DNA of 64,000 nucleotides, from the IMG/VR virus record IMGVR_UViG_3300036770_008700, positions 1 to 64,000 of that record; one strand, given 5' to 3'. The stretch's first letter is position 1. The number at the start of each line of letters is the position of its first letter. Made by a program: the position numbers and the translations under genes. The DNA comes from a virus. Of the stretch, positions 29,418-38,690 are shown piece after piece. The notes beneath the pieces were generated by a model. That model worked only from the letters and a program-made list of their open reading frames with translations. It was not told the DNA's origin and searched no databases.

Positions 29418-29692
29418 ACAATTTCCTCAAAATATGGAAAACACCAGTCGTGATATGCAATCCAACCAATATCTCCATTTGGCAGCAGAACTTCTTTGCA
29501 AAGATTTCCCTCCTTAAGCAACACAACTACATCATTTGGTTTAAGATAGCTTGTGTGTGCGTTGAATTCCTTGGTCATCAAAGTAGATTCATAAACTGAA
29601 TAAGCACTAGGAGCAACCATTGCCATATGCCTATCAGGAAACACATACCAATAATGTCTCTTCACAGAATATAGCTTTCCAATGTTATCCAT
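29408..29692 (-). CDS. GKLY-family paralogue
   Basis: IGKLYSVKRHYW...VVLL...VLLPNGDIGWI. Confidence 0.75.
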   Translation of the reverse strand: MDNIGKLYSVKRHYWYVFPDRHMAMVAPSAYSVYESTLMTKEFNAHTSYLKPNDVVVLLKEGNLCKEVLLPNGDIGWIAYHDWCFPYFEEIVCK

Positions 29693-29824
29693 AGTATCAG
29701 TTTAGCATATTAGACAGTTTATCTAAAGAAATTAAGTTTTAGCATCGTGCGAAATAAATCCCAGCAGCATATGCACAAATAATTATGCATATAAAGGCTA
29801 TAACGCTGAGTTCATTACGAAATG

Positions 29825-30022
29825 TCATGTAGAAACAATGATTTCTGTATCTTCTGTGATTGTGATTTGAGTTAGTGGAGTCAAAACAACACTTAGTTTT
29901 GGTGCATTTAATGGCCCACCACGAGCTATCGTAACCCTGCAAACTTTGTTGTTGTAGGTGATTAACTCACCTTCCGCAAGATGAGCATTAATCAGATCTT
30001 TTTGCTTTTCATATCTGCGCAT
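29825..30022 (-). CDS. hypothetical protein
   Basis: GGAGG RBS. Confidence 0.55.
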   Translation of the reverse strand: MRRYEKQKDLINAHLAEGELITYNNKVCRVTIARGGPLNAPKLSVVLTPLTQITITEDTEIIVST

Positions 30023-30326
30023 TGTTACCTCCCTCTACTTTTACCAAAGCTAAACCGTAAAATGACATACGATTTAACATGTACGTGCTTATACTTCCAA
30101 CAGTGCCATTAGGAAGCAAAAAATTTGCTTTATCAACTTCGGTTGAACCTAAATACAACACCAACTGCCCAATGTTGATATAAGACATATTGTAGTTATG
30201 TTTAATGTCATGAAAGCCTAATGAGTTATCTTTCCACAATACTTCTGTTTTTTTCCTCCTAAGTTCATAAAGAGAACCTGGAGTTTCTTTGCAATTGAAA
30301 TCAATAACACGTTTTTTTTGTTTCAT
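30009..30326 (-). CDS. divergent GKLY-family paralogue
   Basis: PGSLY...LVLYLG...FLLPNGTVGSI. Confidence 0.6.
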   Translation of the reverse strand: MKQKKRVIDFNCKETPGSLYELRRKKTEVLWKDNSLGFHDIKHNYNMSYINIGQLVLYLGSTEVDKANFLLPNGTVGSISTYMLNRMSFYGLALVKVEGGNNAQI

Positions 30327-30471
30327 GACACTTACAACAACATTTCTGATTGGTTACTAGTGGACAAGTAAAAACCCACATTAGGAAAAAACAAATAGCA
30401 CCCGCTATCGATAATGCCGTTTGCATGGTCGTCATGATCTTAACTAGGTTATACCATCCAGATATTCAAAA

Positions 30472-30813
30472 CTATAAATTTTCCTCAAAGTCCTCAATAC
30501 GATATTCACGAAAATATATTCCAAGTATTTTTAAGTCATCGTCATGCAGTGATAACCAACATAACACACCATTACAAGTCAATATCTTGTAATCATACAT
30601 TGGATCGGTGTCGCTATAACGATAATCACTCAATAATCGTTCTAAAAACACAAATGGTTCTAATGGATATAATGGAATTAACTTGCTGGTTTTATTCAAC
30701 TCTGGACGATTGAGATAAGCTGGCCATGCACCAGAATTCGTGCTAGGATTTCCATGCAAAATATAGAGTTTGCCAGGAATTAGTTTAGAACTTTGAATTC
30801 CCTTGTTAGTCAC
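30472..30813 (-). CDS. GKLY-family paralogue
   Basis: PGKLY...PFVFLE...KILTCNGVLCWL. Confidence 0.75.
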   Translation of the reverse strand: MTNKGIQSSKLIPGKLYILHGNPSTNSGAWPAYLNRPELNKTSKLIPLYPLEPFVFLERLLSDYRYSDTDPMYDYKILTCNGVLCWLSLHDDDLKILGIYFREYRIEDFEENL

Positions 30814-30814
30814 A

Positions 30815-31105
30815 TCATATAACTATACTGAAACTTTTACCGTAATCAATCCCACGAATTTTTGAAAACGTAATGTAATACAAATTTCCATCCTCAAACA
30901 AGATTTTGTAGGAATCCCATACAGACCCTAAATTGTCCACATACTCAATTGCTACAAATGTATTGGATGGATCTAAATACCTTCCTTTCACTACCGCAAA
31001 ACATTCATTCTTTAAAACATAAAATGGCCAAGCAACATCTTGTTCAATGTTTTTATACATCTTTCCAAGCTTAAACAAGTCGCTGTTGTTTTTAATCTTT
31101 GTCAT
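30815..31105 (-). CDS. GKLY-family paralogue
   Basis: LGKMYKNI...TFVAIE...KILFEDGNLY. Confidence 0.75.
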   Translation of the reverse strand: MTKIKNNSDLFKLGKMYKNIEQDVAWPFYVLKNECFAVVKGRYLDPSNTFVAIEYVDNLGSVWDSYKILFEDGNLYYITFSKIRGIDYGKSFSIVI

Positions 31106-31358
31106 TAGACATAATCTCTCGAAATAGAATGTCGAAGTTATGTGTGTCTTTTTTAAAAGTTATCTGATACAGATTTCCATCCTCAAACAAGATTTCGTAG
31201 GAATCCCATGTATAGTTAGGGTAATGTTTAAACCCCAAAACCACGAAACAATTGCCTGGATTTAGATAACCAAGTATTTTTTGGTAATCCAAAGAATACA
31301 ATGTCCAAGACGAGCATTCAGTTATATTTTTATACAACTTACCAATCTTGAGTGACAT
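31092..31358 (-). CDS. GKLY-family paralogue
   Basis: IGKLYKNI...CFVVL...EILFEDGNLY; start ATG 31358. Confidence 0.75.
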   Translation of the reverse strand: MSLKIGKLYKNITECSSWTLYSLDYQKILGYLNPGNCFVVLGFKHYPNYTWDSYEILFEDGNLYQITFKKDTHNFDILFREIMSNDKD

Positions 31359-31363
31359 ACCTT

Positions 31364-31693
31364 TCAGCCCCAACAAATTCTTTCTGAGTCATCAAACACA
31401 ACCAAAAGCCTGCTAATTTTACCTTTAAGTGAAATACAAATTTCAAAACAGTTTGTTTTGACATTGAATTGCATCATATCAATCACAGAAAGTGCTCTAA
31501 TGCAATTCTTTCGGAATGTGTCACCGTCCAAATCACCAAACATATCGTGATTATCTGGTCCACACATTCCCATCAACATTAGAATGCCATATGCGTTATG
31601 ATTGTTAAAGTTGACTTCGGTGCCCCCGCCAACTTGATCTCCATCATCATTGTATACCGCTGGATTGTTCGGGTCAAAGAATGTTACTGACAT
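31364..31693 (-). CDS. hypothetical protein
   Basis: EVNFNNHNA...ICWG. Confidence 0.65.
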   Translation of the reverse strand: MSVTFFDPNNPAVYNDDGDQVGGGTEVNFNNHNAYGILMLMGMCGPDNHDMFGDLDGDTFRKNCIRALSVIDMMQFNVKTNCFEICISLKGKISRLLVVFDDSERICWG

Positions 31694-31694
31694 A

Positions 31695-32015
31695 TTAGAT
31701 TATCCTTTTCCAGTCGCCTGGAAACCAAATTATCCATCCACAGCTACCATCCTCAGTCAACACCTTTATGAAGTTTTGACGAATTACACCGTTTTCCTTC
31801 AAATCAAATTCTAACACAACGTTATTCAAATACACAACGTTTTTGTTTTTTTCTATCAAAGCTATCATTGAGTAACTGCAATGATCTAAATCATAAAAAT
31901 GGATTAAGTGTTCAAAGGTGAGCAGCTCCCGCAACGTCAAGCTTTCATATAGCTTGCCGGGAATCATTGGATTCTTTTGCCATTTAGCTAGCTCTCGTTG
32001 AAACAGATAACTCAT
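31695..32015 (-). CDS. GKLY-family paralogue
   Basis: PGKLY...VVYL...KVLTEDGSCGWI. Confidence 0.75.
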   Translation of the reverse strand: MSYLFQRELAKWQKNPMIPGKLYESLTLRELLTFEHLIHFYDLDHCSYSMIALIEKNKNVVYLNNVVLEFDLKENGVIRQNFIKVLTEDGSCGWIIWFPGDWKRII

Positions 32016-32034
32016 TTTATCGTCTATGGCTAAT

Positions 32035-32202
32035 TTACTTCAATGTAGATACTTCAAAACTATAACCACACTTCTCACAAGCTAGCTTTGTTTTAGTTTT
32101 GTCAAGCTTCATCATGTGCTGCAACGCACATTCAGTGTTGTTGCTGTTCATGCGCTTAATTAGGCCAGACGCAGCGTTACTAGCAAATATCGTTGTTTCC
32201 AT
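32035..32202 (-). CDS. small Zn-ribbon protein (not in ORF track)
   Basis: METTIF...CALQH...CEKCGY; 55 aa. Confidence 0.45.
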   Translation of the reverse strand: METTIFASNAASGLIKRMNSNNTECALQHMMKLDKTKTKLACEKCGYSFEVSTLK

Positions 32203-32218
32203 ACTTTCTCTTTCATAT

Positions 32219-32602
32219 TCAAATTTTCTTGCGTTGGCTTTTAGTAACCTTGCGAATGTTTGCTTCCATCAAAGCTAGCTCACCAACCTCTACATTCTTT
32301 CCAGCTTCCGCATGACGCTTCTTGAGATGATAGCTCTTGTGACAACTAGAATGACACAACACCATCCCAGCCACATATTCAAGATTCTCCCAATCATCAA
32401 CCTCTCGTGAGCCGATCACGTGATGCAATGTAAGACTTTTACCGGGATAACGAGGATTGTAACCTTCTGCCAACGAACCTCCACAAATCGCACAAGGATG
32501 CATTCTAATGACAAACTGCATAATCCAGTCAAGCTGCTTAACCTTGCTCGTCACAGACCCCTTGCGACGTACAACAGCCTTCTTGACAATATCCTTTTTC
32601 AT
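32219..32602 (-). CDS. HNH-like nuclease
   Basis: CAICG...LHHV...LCHSSCHKSYH. Confidence 0.6.
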   Translation of the reverse strand: MKKDIVKKAVVRRKGSVTSKVKQLDWIMQFVIRMHPCAICGGSLAEGYNPRYPGKSLTLHHVIGSREVDDWENLEYVAGMVLCHSSCHKSYHLKKRHAEAGKNVEVGELALMEANIRKVTKSQRKKI

Positions 32603-32632
32603 ACCAAAAGAATATCACAGTAAATAGATTAT

Positions 32633-32953
32633 CTAAAGATTTAGGTTGATTTTTTTTGGATTAACTTTTTTCCAGTAACCTAAACCAGCTTCGCTAACTT
32701 GTATCCACACTGGACATGCATCGCCAGTTAATACCTTCATCCAGTAATAGTTTACAGATGATGTTGTATACTCAGATATCGATGGCCATATGTCAGCTTG
32801 ATTTTTAATCTCAAGCAAAACAACATATGAACCATCTTCAATATGAACACGATCAAAGTAGTATGAAACACTGCCTGGATTGCCAACATGACCATGAAAC
32901 TTCCAGGGCGCTTTATACAACTTTCCTATCTCCAACATCTTGGTTTTCTTCAT
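32633..32953 (-). CDS. GKLY-family paralogue
   Basis: IGKLY...YVVLLE...KVLTGD...VWI. Confidence 0.7.
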   Translation of the reverse strand: MKKTKMLEIGKLYKAPWKFHGHVGNPGSVSYYFDRVHIEDGSYVVLLEIKNQADIWPSISEYTTSSVNYYWMKVLTGDACPVWIQVSEAGLGYWKKVNPKKINLNL

Positions 32954-32994
32954 TTGACTGGTAAAAGTAATCAGTAATGTTAAGTAACTTACCT

Positions 32995-34062
32995 TCACAT
33001 AGAAAGGTTCTGAGCCGTGAATCCAGAAAGCTCTTGAATACGCTCCACGTAATAAGCCTTGAGAGACTTGCTAATACCCCGCCAAACTTCATCGGCAACT
33101 GTGGCAGTTGTACGAAGAGAGGTAGGAGTAGGGTCAACACGAGGCTGTGCATACGGGTTGGTAATAGTATAAGACGGATTAGTGTTACCACGCTGGCCGG
33201 GAAGCTTCTTGATAAGAATTCCATGCATGGTCTTGAGTTGTGAGATAGCAACCTTGATACTGCTAGGAGCAAGACCACTGCGATTAGCAATCGTAGCAAG
33301 AAACAACGTGCCACCACCATTGCGGTGACTTGCCATAAACACATCATAAACCTTCTGGCAACCAGAAGTCATGCCAATCCAAGACGCACGAGGACGACCA
33401 CGGCGAGCAGCAGGTTGAGCAACAGTCGCAGCAGAACCCTTTGAAGCTTTAATAAAGGATGAAAGAAATTCAACCCAATTCAGAATGGTATCACCATTGA
33501 TAGAACCAGAATGCTGGCGAAATTCAATCGTGTTATGCTTGGCAAGCGCATGAAGGTTAACCTTGTAATAACGATCAGGCAAAACACGCTGGAGAGCGTG
33601 CATAGTTTGGCAACTTTCAACCATATTAACTACATTAGAACCGCCCTTTGTGTAATACACATCAGAACCACGACGATTGGTAGGCATCATAAGATCAATG
33701 GTGCTCTCAAATTTAGTGTAACGATGGAAAACAGTCTTAACCTCTTCAACGCTAAGATCGCTTGCGTCAATATGAACATGCAATCCACAACTGCGATTAA
33801 CGAATGCACCCATCGCTTGAAGTGTTGCACATACCTTGCGCACAGTGCGCAAATCAGAAGCCTCTTCGGTGTCAAGAACAGGAGACACAAGCTCCATGCT
33901 GAAAAAACCATCAACATCAGACAATGAACCATCGTGCACAATACGCCATTCCGTACCATACCACTTTTCAATCATCAACCCACGCACATGCTTGCGCAAA
34001 TTCTCCACAGTGTTGAGAACGTTCTTGGGGCTGTAGAACTCGATCTCAATTCCGAACTTCAT
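32995..34062 (-). CDS. putative amidoligase (COOH-NH2 ligase) with inserted HTH-like segment
   Basis: FGIEIE, HDGSL, ELVSP, SCGLHVH, RYYKVN, TIEFRQH. Confidence 0.85.
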   Translation of the reverse strand: MKFGIEIEFYSPKNVLNTVENLRKHVRGLMIEKWYGTEWRIVHDGSLSDVDGFFSMELVSPVLDTEEASDLRTVRKVCATLQAMGAFVNRSCGLHVHIDASDLSVEEVKTVFHRYTKFESTIDLMMPTNRRGSDVYYTKGGSNVVNMVESCQTMHALQRVLPDRYYKVNLHALAKHNTIEFRQHSGSINGDTILNWVEFLSSFIKASKGSAATVAQPAARRGRPRASWIGMTSGCQKVYDVFMASHRNGGGTLFLATIANRSGLAPSSIKVAISQLKTMHGILIKKLPGQRGNTNPSYTITNPYAQPRVDPTPTSLRTTATVADEVWRGISKSLKAYYVERIQELSGFTAQNLSM

Positions 34063-34145
34063 ACAACTAGAATACCAAACGTTAAGAAATTTCTAAAGGA
34101 ATTCTTTCTTTTTTATCTTAACGTTTTTTTAGCTGCTTTACAGGC
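34063..34145 (-). promoter_or_regulatory. strong early promoter cassette, copy 4 (diverged)
   Basis: TTTAGA-17bp-TATTCT with cgtttgg before the -10 as in copy 1; leaderless ATG. Confidence 0.7.
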
Positions 34146-34375
34146 AAAAATTTAGTAAACAAACTGAACCATTGAATGATAGCAAACAAAAAAACAAGCA
34201 AGTGAATTATTTGTGGATGTTTATCTTTAAAGTTTAGGTGTGACTTGTTATGATAGAGTTTATATGGGCGACAACGTTTTGGAAGATACGATTGCAGGAG
34301 TGTATTTTTGCATGGTGATTCCATTTGTTATTGTTTTGGCATACAACGTTTTCAACTGATTGAAAGGTGAAATAC

Positions 34376-34582
34376 ATGAGTAACGATGTTTTTGTTGTAA
34401 TGGAAGGTGCAAAGATTGCTGGCGTTTATCGTTATAGAGAGGATGCTGTTAGTCATGCACAAGCCTGTGGAGGAAATTTTATCGTGCAACCTATTCGTAA
34501 CGAGATTCCTGGTTGGGTTCAAGTTATGGTAGATTCAGCAAAGAAAAAGGCTCAAATGCAAAGCTCGGGAGTAATAAGATGA
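34376..34582 (+). CDS. hypothetical protein
   Basis: AGGTGA RBS then ATG 34376. Confidence 0.6.
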   Translation: MSNDVFVVMEGAKIAGVYRYREDAVSHAQACGGNFIVQPIRNEIPGWVQVMVDSAKKKAQMQSSGVIR

Positions 34583-35025
34583 GTAAAGAAACATTTAAAC
34601 CATCAAAGAATGCTGCCGAAATGTTAGCAGAAATGCATGACATGAGTGATGAAGAACTTGAATGGTTTAGTGATATGGGAATGGGTATTGCTGCCACAAT
34701 GGAAGACTTAACCGCTCAAATTGAGAATCCACCAAAAAAGCGTGTTAAAGGCTGCGAAGTGATTCACTTGGGAGCAGAGTTGTTTTTACCAATGCGTGCC
34801 TTAAAACAAAGGCTAGAAGCCGGTGGTTTAGAACTAGAAGATTATGTCCGAGAACTTGACCAAATTGTTGATAGGTTGAGTTTTGTTGTAACAGAAAATC
34901 AAAAAGTACTAAGCAACCCCAAGGTTCGTAACCATATGAAACAATTAGCAAACGCTGTTGTGCTTCACCTGGAAGCTGGTCCAGTGCTCAATAATATGTT
35001 TGGTATTCTTAGTCAAGAACAGTGA
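34579..35025 (+). CDS. hypothetical helical protein
   Basis: GGAG RBS; ATGA overlap with the upstream stop. Confidence 0.65.
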   Translation: MSKETFKPSKNAAEMLAEMHDMSDEELEWFSDMGMGIAATMEDLTAQIENPPKKRVKGCEVIHLGAELFLPMRALKQRLEAGGLELEDYVRELDQIVDRLSFVVTENQKVLSNPKVRNHMKQLANAVVLHLEAGPVLNNMFGILSQEQ

Positions 35026-35044
35026 CAGGTCATGTTTTGTTCAA

Positions 35045-35479
35045 CTACCCCAATCCTGGCGAATAAACGATAAAGTTTTCAAAACTAGCTGAACCTGTGT
35101 GATAAGGGTCACTTGCATTAAATGTGAATGACCCCGTAAGCGTTGGTATGCTTGCTGTTGGAATGCCTGTTAATCCAGCTAAAATCTGAAAATTAACTGA
35201 TCCGCTGCCACTTGGTTTCTTAAGATATATTTCTTTTACACGAACTTCAAATGTAGCATATCCATTGCTACCGATTGTAAAATGATTGGAATTACTGACT
35301 CCGAACGCTGTAAATCCAACATCTAAAGAACTAGTATTGGAATGAATCGTTATAAACTTGGTAACGTAGGGAAAGCTTATTTTAACTGGCGTTGTTGAAG
35401 CAGATGATGCTGTAACATATGGCAAACCAGATGCTAGGTAAGCTGGAACATCATTATAGCCGGGAGAGGGATATTGCAT
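35045..35479 (-). CDS. putative virion protein, tandem paralogue A
   Basis: PAYxxSGLPY...FPYVTKFIT...TFEVRVKE...AGLTGIPTASIPTLTGS shared with the next gene. Confidence 0.6.
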   Translation of the reverse strand: MQYPSPGYNDVPAYLASGLPYVTASSASTTPVKISFPYVTKFITIHSNTSSLDVGFTAFGVSNSNHFTIGSNGYATFEVRVKEIYLKKPSGSGSVNFQILAGLTGIPTASIPTLTGSFTFNASDPYHTGSASFENFIVYSPGLG

Positions 35480-35482
35480 AAA

Positions 35483-35902
35483 TCAACCGATACCTTCATA
35501 AGTTAAAACATTAGTGAATGAATTGCTGCCAGTAAAATAAGGATCAGACGAGCTAAATGGATATGAGCCTGTGAGTGTTGGAATGCTTGCTGTTGGAATA
35601 CCTGTTAATCCAGCAATGATATGAAAAGTATGAGCACCATCAATATACATTTCTTTTACTCGAACTTCAAATGTAACGGTATCATTGTTGGAAATACTGA
35701 AATAGTTTGTCCCTGCAACACCGTTTGCTGTGAATCCAATCTTTAAAGATCCACCGTCAGCTTTCACTGTAATAAACTTGGTCACGTAAGGAAACTGCAC
35801 ATGATATGCAGGTGCTGATGTTGCGGTGCCTGTGAGAGCATATGGTAGTCCAGAAATTTGATAAGCTGGAGTAAAGTTAAAGCCGGGCTGTGGCCATTGC
35901 AT
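35483..35902 (-). CDS. putative virion protein, tandem paralogue B
   Basis: Same motifs as paralogue A; TAGTTA late-type motif upstream. Confidence 0.6.
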   Translation of the reverse strand: MQWPQPGFNFTPAYQISGLPYALTGTATSAPAYHVQFPYVTKFITVKADGGSLKIGFTANGVAGTNYFSISNNDTVTFEVRVKEMYIDGAHTFHIIAGLTGIPTASIPTLTGSYPFSSSDPYFTGSNSFTNVLTYEGIG

Positions 35903-35969
35903 GTTGCTTATACCTTTTTTGTTGGTTGAACATAACTATTCAATAAACCAGAAAAGGATTTACAATCTC

Positions 35970-36092
35970 ATGCATGACAAACTTACTCTAGAAAAATGTT
36001 GCTCTGTGTTCGGTGACTCAAAATGGGCACCCCTCGCTGGCTTCCTAGCGGTTACAGAAGGTCTGCAAACCCTACACCACAGTCATCACTAA
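35970..36092 (+). pseudogene. orphan 5' fragment of the ferritin/Dps-like gene
   Basis: FGDSKWAPLAGFLAVTEGLQTLHHSHH* aligns with FGPNEYAPLAAFLAATEALQMIAHSHHW of 36736..37233. Confidence 0.8.
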
Positions 36093-36691
36093 CCTTCCCA
36101 TCTATTGTTCTTTTTCAAGTTATCAAACGCTGGAAGAGGTTGTAAATTTTCAAGAGCCCAGCACGCTTTAAACTCTGATGAATCTGTCGAATCGTAATTA
36201 AACCAAGAATCTGGTCTTATGTGGTCGATATGCCAATAAGTTCCATGATTTTCCCACGACATTTCTGGCGTAAATTGTTTTTCTAAATGTTCTTTTAACT
36301 GCTCTAAAGTGTAACCTACAAGATCAATCCAGCTTGTCCTATTTTTCGTTAAAAATCTAGTTTTAAGAGCATGGTTCATTCGTCTGCTCATGTTTTCTCT
36401 TAAACGAAACTGTGGATCAGTTGCTCTTCTTATTCTATTTTGTTCGTTCAGTTGTTCTTTTAATCTTTCACGACGTTCACGTTGCTTTTGAACGTAATGA
36501 TCTCTTCGTTTATGTCTGATTTCTTTCTTTTTCTCACGCAGTTTAACTTTGTTTTTTTGACAATATTCACGGCATGGCTCTTTTCTGCAAATTTTGCATA
36601 TGCTAAGATGGCCATCTTTTGATTTTTTATTTTTGTGATAATCAGTTAATGGTTTTTCAATCGAACACGAACTGCACTTTTTCAACGTCAT
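36089..36691 (-). CDS. HNH homing endonuclease
   Basis: N-terminal CxxC/CxxC; WHIDHIRP...CWALENLQPL...NLKKNN. Confidence 0.85.
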   Translation of the reverse strand: MTLKKCSSCSIEKPLTDYHKNKKSKDGHLSICKICRKEPCREYCQKNKVKLREKKKEIRHKRRDHYVQKQRERRERLKEQLNEQNRIRRATDPQFRLRENMSRRMNHALKTRFLTKNRTSWIDLVGYTLEQLKEHLEKQFTPEMSWENHGTYWHIDHIRPDSWFNYDSTDSSEFKACWALENLQPLPAFDNLKKNNRWEG

Positions 36692-36735
36692 ATACCTATC
36701 TATAAGTATTCTAAAAATAACTTAAAGGGATTTAT

Positions 36736-37233
36736 ATGGACAGTATTGATAATGTTTGGGAATCTATGGTTGAGATCTTTGGTCCAAATGAATATGCACC
36801 ATTAGCTGCATTTTTAGCTGCTACAGAAGCTCTTCAAATGATAGCGCACAGTCACCATTGGCAAACCAAAGGTGAAAACTTCTATGGCGATCACCTTCTT
36901 TATCAACGTCTGTATGAAGCTATCCTGCCTGAGATAGATTTGATTGGTGAAAAACTGATTGGTGTCAGCCAAGATGTTTCTCTTACCAACTACTTCAAAC
37001 GTGTTAAAGCAATGGAAATGTTTCTTAAAGCTGTAACACACAGCGATCAACCATATATTGTTGTAAGCCATGATGCAGAACTAACATACGTTCGTATGGG
37101 TGGCGAACTAATGGACCAACTAGAACAAGCTGGTTTGCTCACAAGAGGCTTGGAACAAATGCTAGGCAACGTTCTTGACAAACATGAAGAACATATCTAC
37201 TTGCTTGACCAAAGAGTTAAAAGCAACAAATGA
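36736..37233 (+). CDS. ferritin/Dps-like protein
   Basis: HHWQTKGENFYGDHLLYQRLYE...IDLIGEK...HEEHIYLL. Confidence 0.8.
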   Translation: MDSIDNVWESMVEIFGPNEYAPLAAFLAATEALQMIAHSHHWQTKGENFYGDHLLYQRLYEAILPEIDLIGEKLIGVSQDVSLTNYFKRVKAMEMFLKAVTHSDQPYIVVSHDAELTYVRMGGELMDQLEQAGLLTRGLEQMLGNVLDKHEEHIYLLDQRVKSNK

Positions 37234-37856
37234 AACTATATCCAATATTATTTGAGCAACAAGAAACAGAGCATCCTTTCTCTCCAGAGTTGTTTGATGC
37301 TTTAAAAGAGTTTGTTGACAAAAACAATATTGAAAAGCTTGAAGCATTGATGCCAGAAATTAAAGAGTTGGTTTCATCAAACAAGTATCCAAATATAACA
37401 GATCCAAGTGATGTTAAAGTATATCGTGGAATGAAAATCAGCTTTAAACGAGCAGAAGAGCTATGCAAAACTTATCAATGCATAGAAGAAGAAACAAGTA
37501 AAAACAACGTTGTTTATAAGACGTTTAAAGGTTCTGTTGTTGTTCCTACTAAACGTAACGTACAAAGTTGGTCTGGAAATGTTAACGTTGGCATTCAATT
37601 TGCTATGGACCCAGAAATTGGTGGTGAAGTTCCAATCGTGTTCTCGGCAATAGCTTCAAAAGACAAGTTTTTCGGTAAGCCGGGAGAAATTGCAAGAATT
37701 GTTTTGCCAAGACGAGCGAGTGAAATGGAAACAATATCTATTTCTCCAGTAGAATCAGATGGTTTTGTTTTGGCAATTCCACCAGATGATTTCTTTGGAA
37801 GGAATCCAAGTTTAACCGATCCATATACCCTCAAGAAATTGACTTTAAAGCTCTGA
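37230..37856 (+). CDS. ADP-ribosyltransferase-like protein (R-S-E) with MKLYPILFE leader
   Basis: VYRGM...QSWS...FA...EMET. Confidence 0.65.
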   Translation: MKLYPILFEQQETEHPFSPELFDALKEFVDKNNIEKLEALMPEIKELVSSNKYPNITDPSDVKVYRGMKISFKRAEELCKTYQCIEEETSKNNVVYKTFKGSVVVPTKRNVQSWSGNVNVGIQFAMDPEIGGEVPIVFSAIASKDKFFGKPGEIARIVLPRRASEMETISISPVESDGFVLAIPPDDFFGRNPSLTDPYTLKKLTLKL

Positions 37857-37888
37857 AATTATTTTGACACAAAAGGAGTATAAAACCC

Positions 37889-38542
37889 ATGCTTTTGTCT
37901 GATATATGGAAACTTCAAGGTTCGGCAAAACAAGAACAAGCATTGTTAGAAGAGCTAACTAAAGCTCCACTGGTGTTTAAAGAAGTAACGTTGCAAGACG
38001 CAACCAACGTTTTAGTTCTTCAAGTTACAAATGATTACTTGTGCTTGGAAACCATAAGAGTTTCCTTGTTGCCAGCAACAGCTCAAAAAGTTGCCAACCA
38101 TTTCAATTGTATACTTCCAACCAAAAACCTTGTTGATAAGATTTGGAAAGCTTGTGACTTAAAGTTAAACCCAAAGTCTATGTCAACCAATCGTGGTTCT
38201 TATGACACACTCAAAGCACACAATGACTCAATAAATACTCAAGTAAACAACCGAGAGTTTGTTTTGATTGGTGGTCATAAGAAAGACATTGTAATCAATA
38301 GCAAAATGCCAAAAGGCAAAGTAATCATATATGGCTGGCATTACCCTAATGGTAAACCTATTCAACCAGAAACAACTGTTCATGGTGATTTCTACAAAGA
38401 CTATTCACATGGAACAAGACTTGTAAGTAAAACTGTAATGTTGAATGGTGAAGTTAAAAATATCTGGGATGTGATTAACAGTGCTGTTTGGGAAAAACTG
38501 GTTGGAGATAAACCCTTTTTAGAAACTGGATATAGAGTTTAA
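37889..38542 (+). CDS. conserved hypothetical enzyme (possibly cell-wall related)
   Basis: GGHKKDIV, IYGWH, PIQP, DYSHGTRLV motifs; function not assignable from sequence alone. Confidence 0.5.
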   Translation: MLLSDIWKLQGSAKQEQALLEELTKAPLVFKEVTLQDATNVLVLQVTNDYLCLETIRVSLLPATAQKVANHFNCILPTKNLVDKIWKACDLKLNPKSMSTNRGSYDTLKAHNDSINTQVNNREFVLIGGHKKDIVINSKMPKGKVIIYGWHYPNGKPIQPETTVHGDFYKDYSHGTRLVSKTVMLNGEVKNIWDVINSAVWEKLVGDKPFLETGYRV

Positions 38543-38575
38543 ACTTTATCCTTTTGTTTTAAGAACAAATTTAGG

Positions 38576-38690
38576 TTATTTGGTGGTTCGCAATCCACCA
38601 ACACAAATGACCCACGAATCTGTGGCGTCTTTCATTTCTGTGTTGTGGATTTTAGTTGTGTTTGGTTTTCCAATTTTCAGTATATTGTTT
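38576..38690 (-). pseudogene. orphan 3' fragment of ruvC
   Basis: KIGKPNTTKIHNTEMKDATDSWVICVGG* aligns with KTGKSANQEVFNSEMKDACDAWVVVVGG. Confidence 0.8.
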
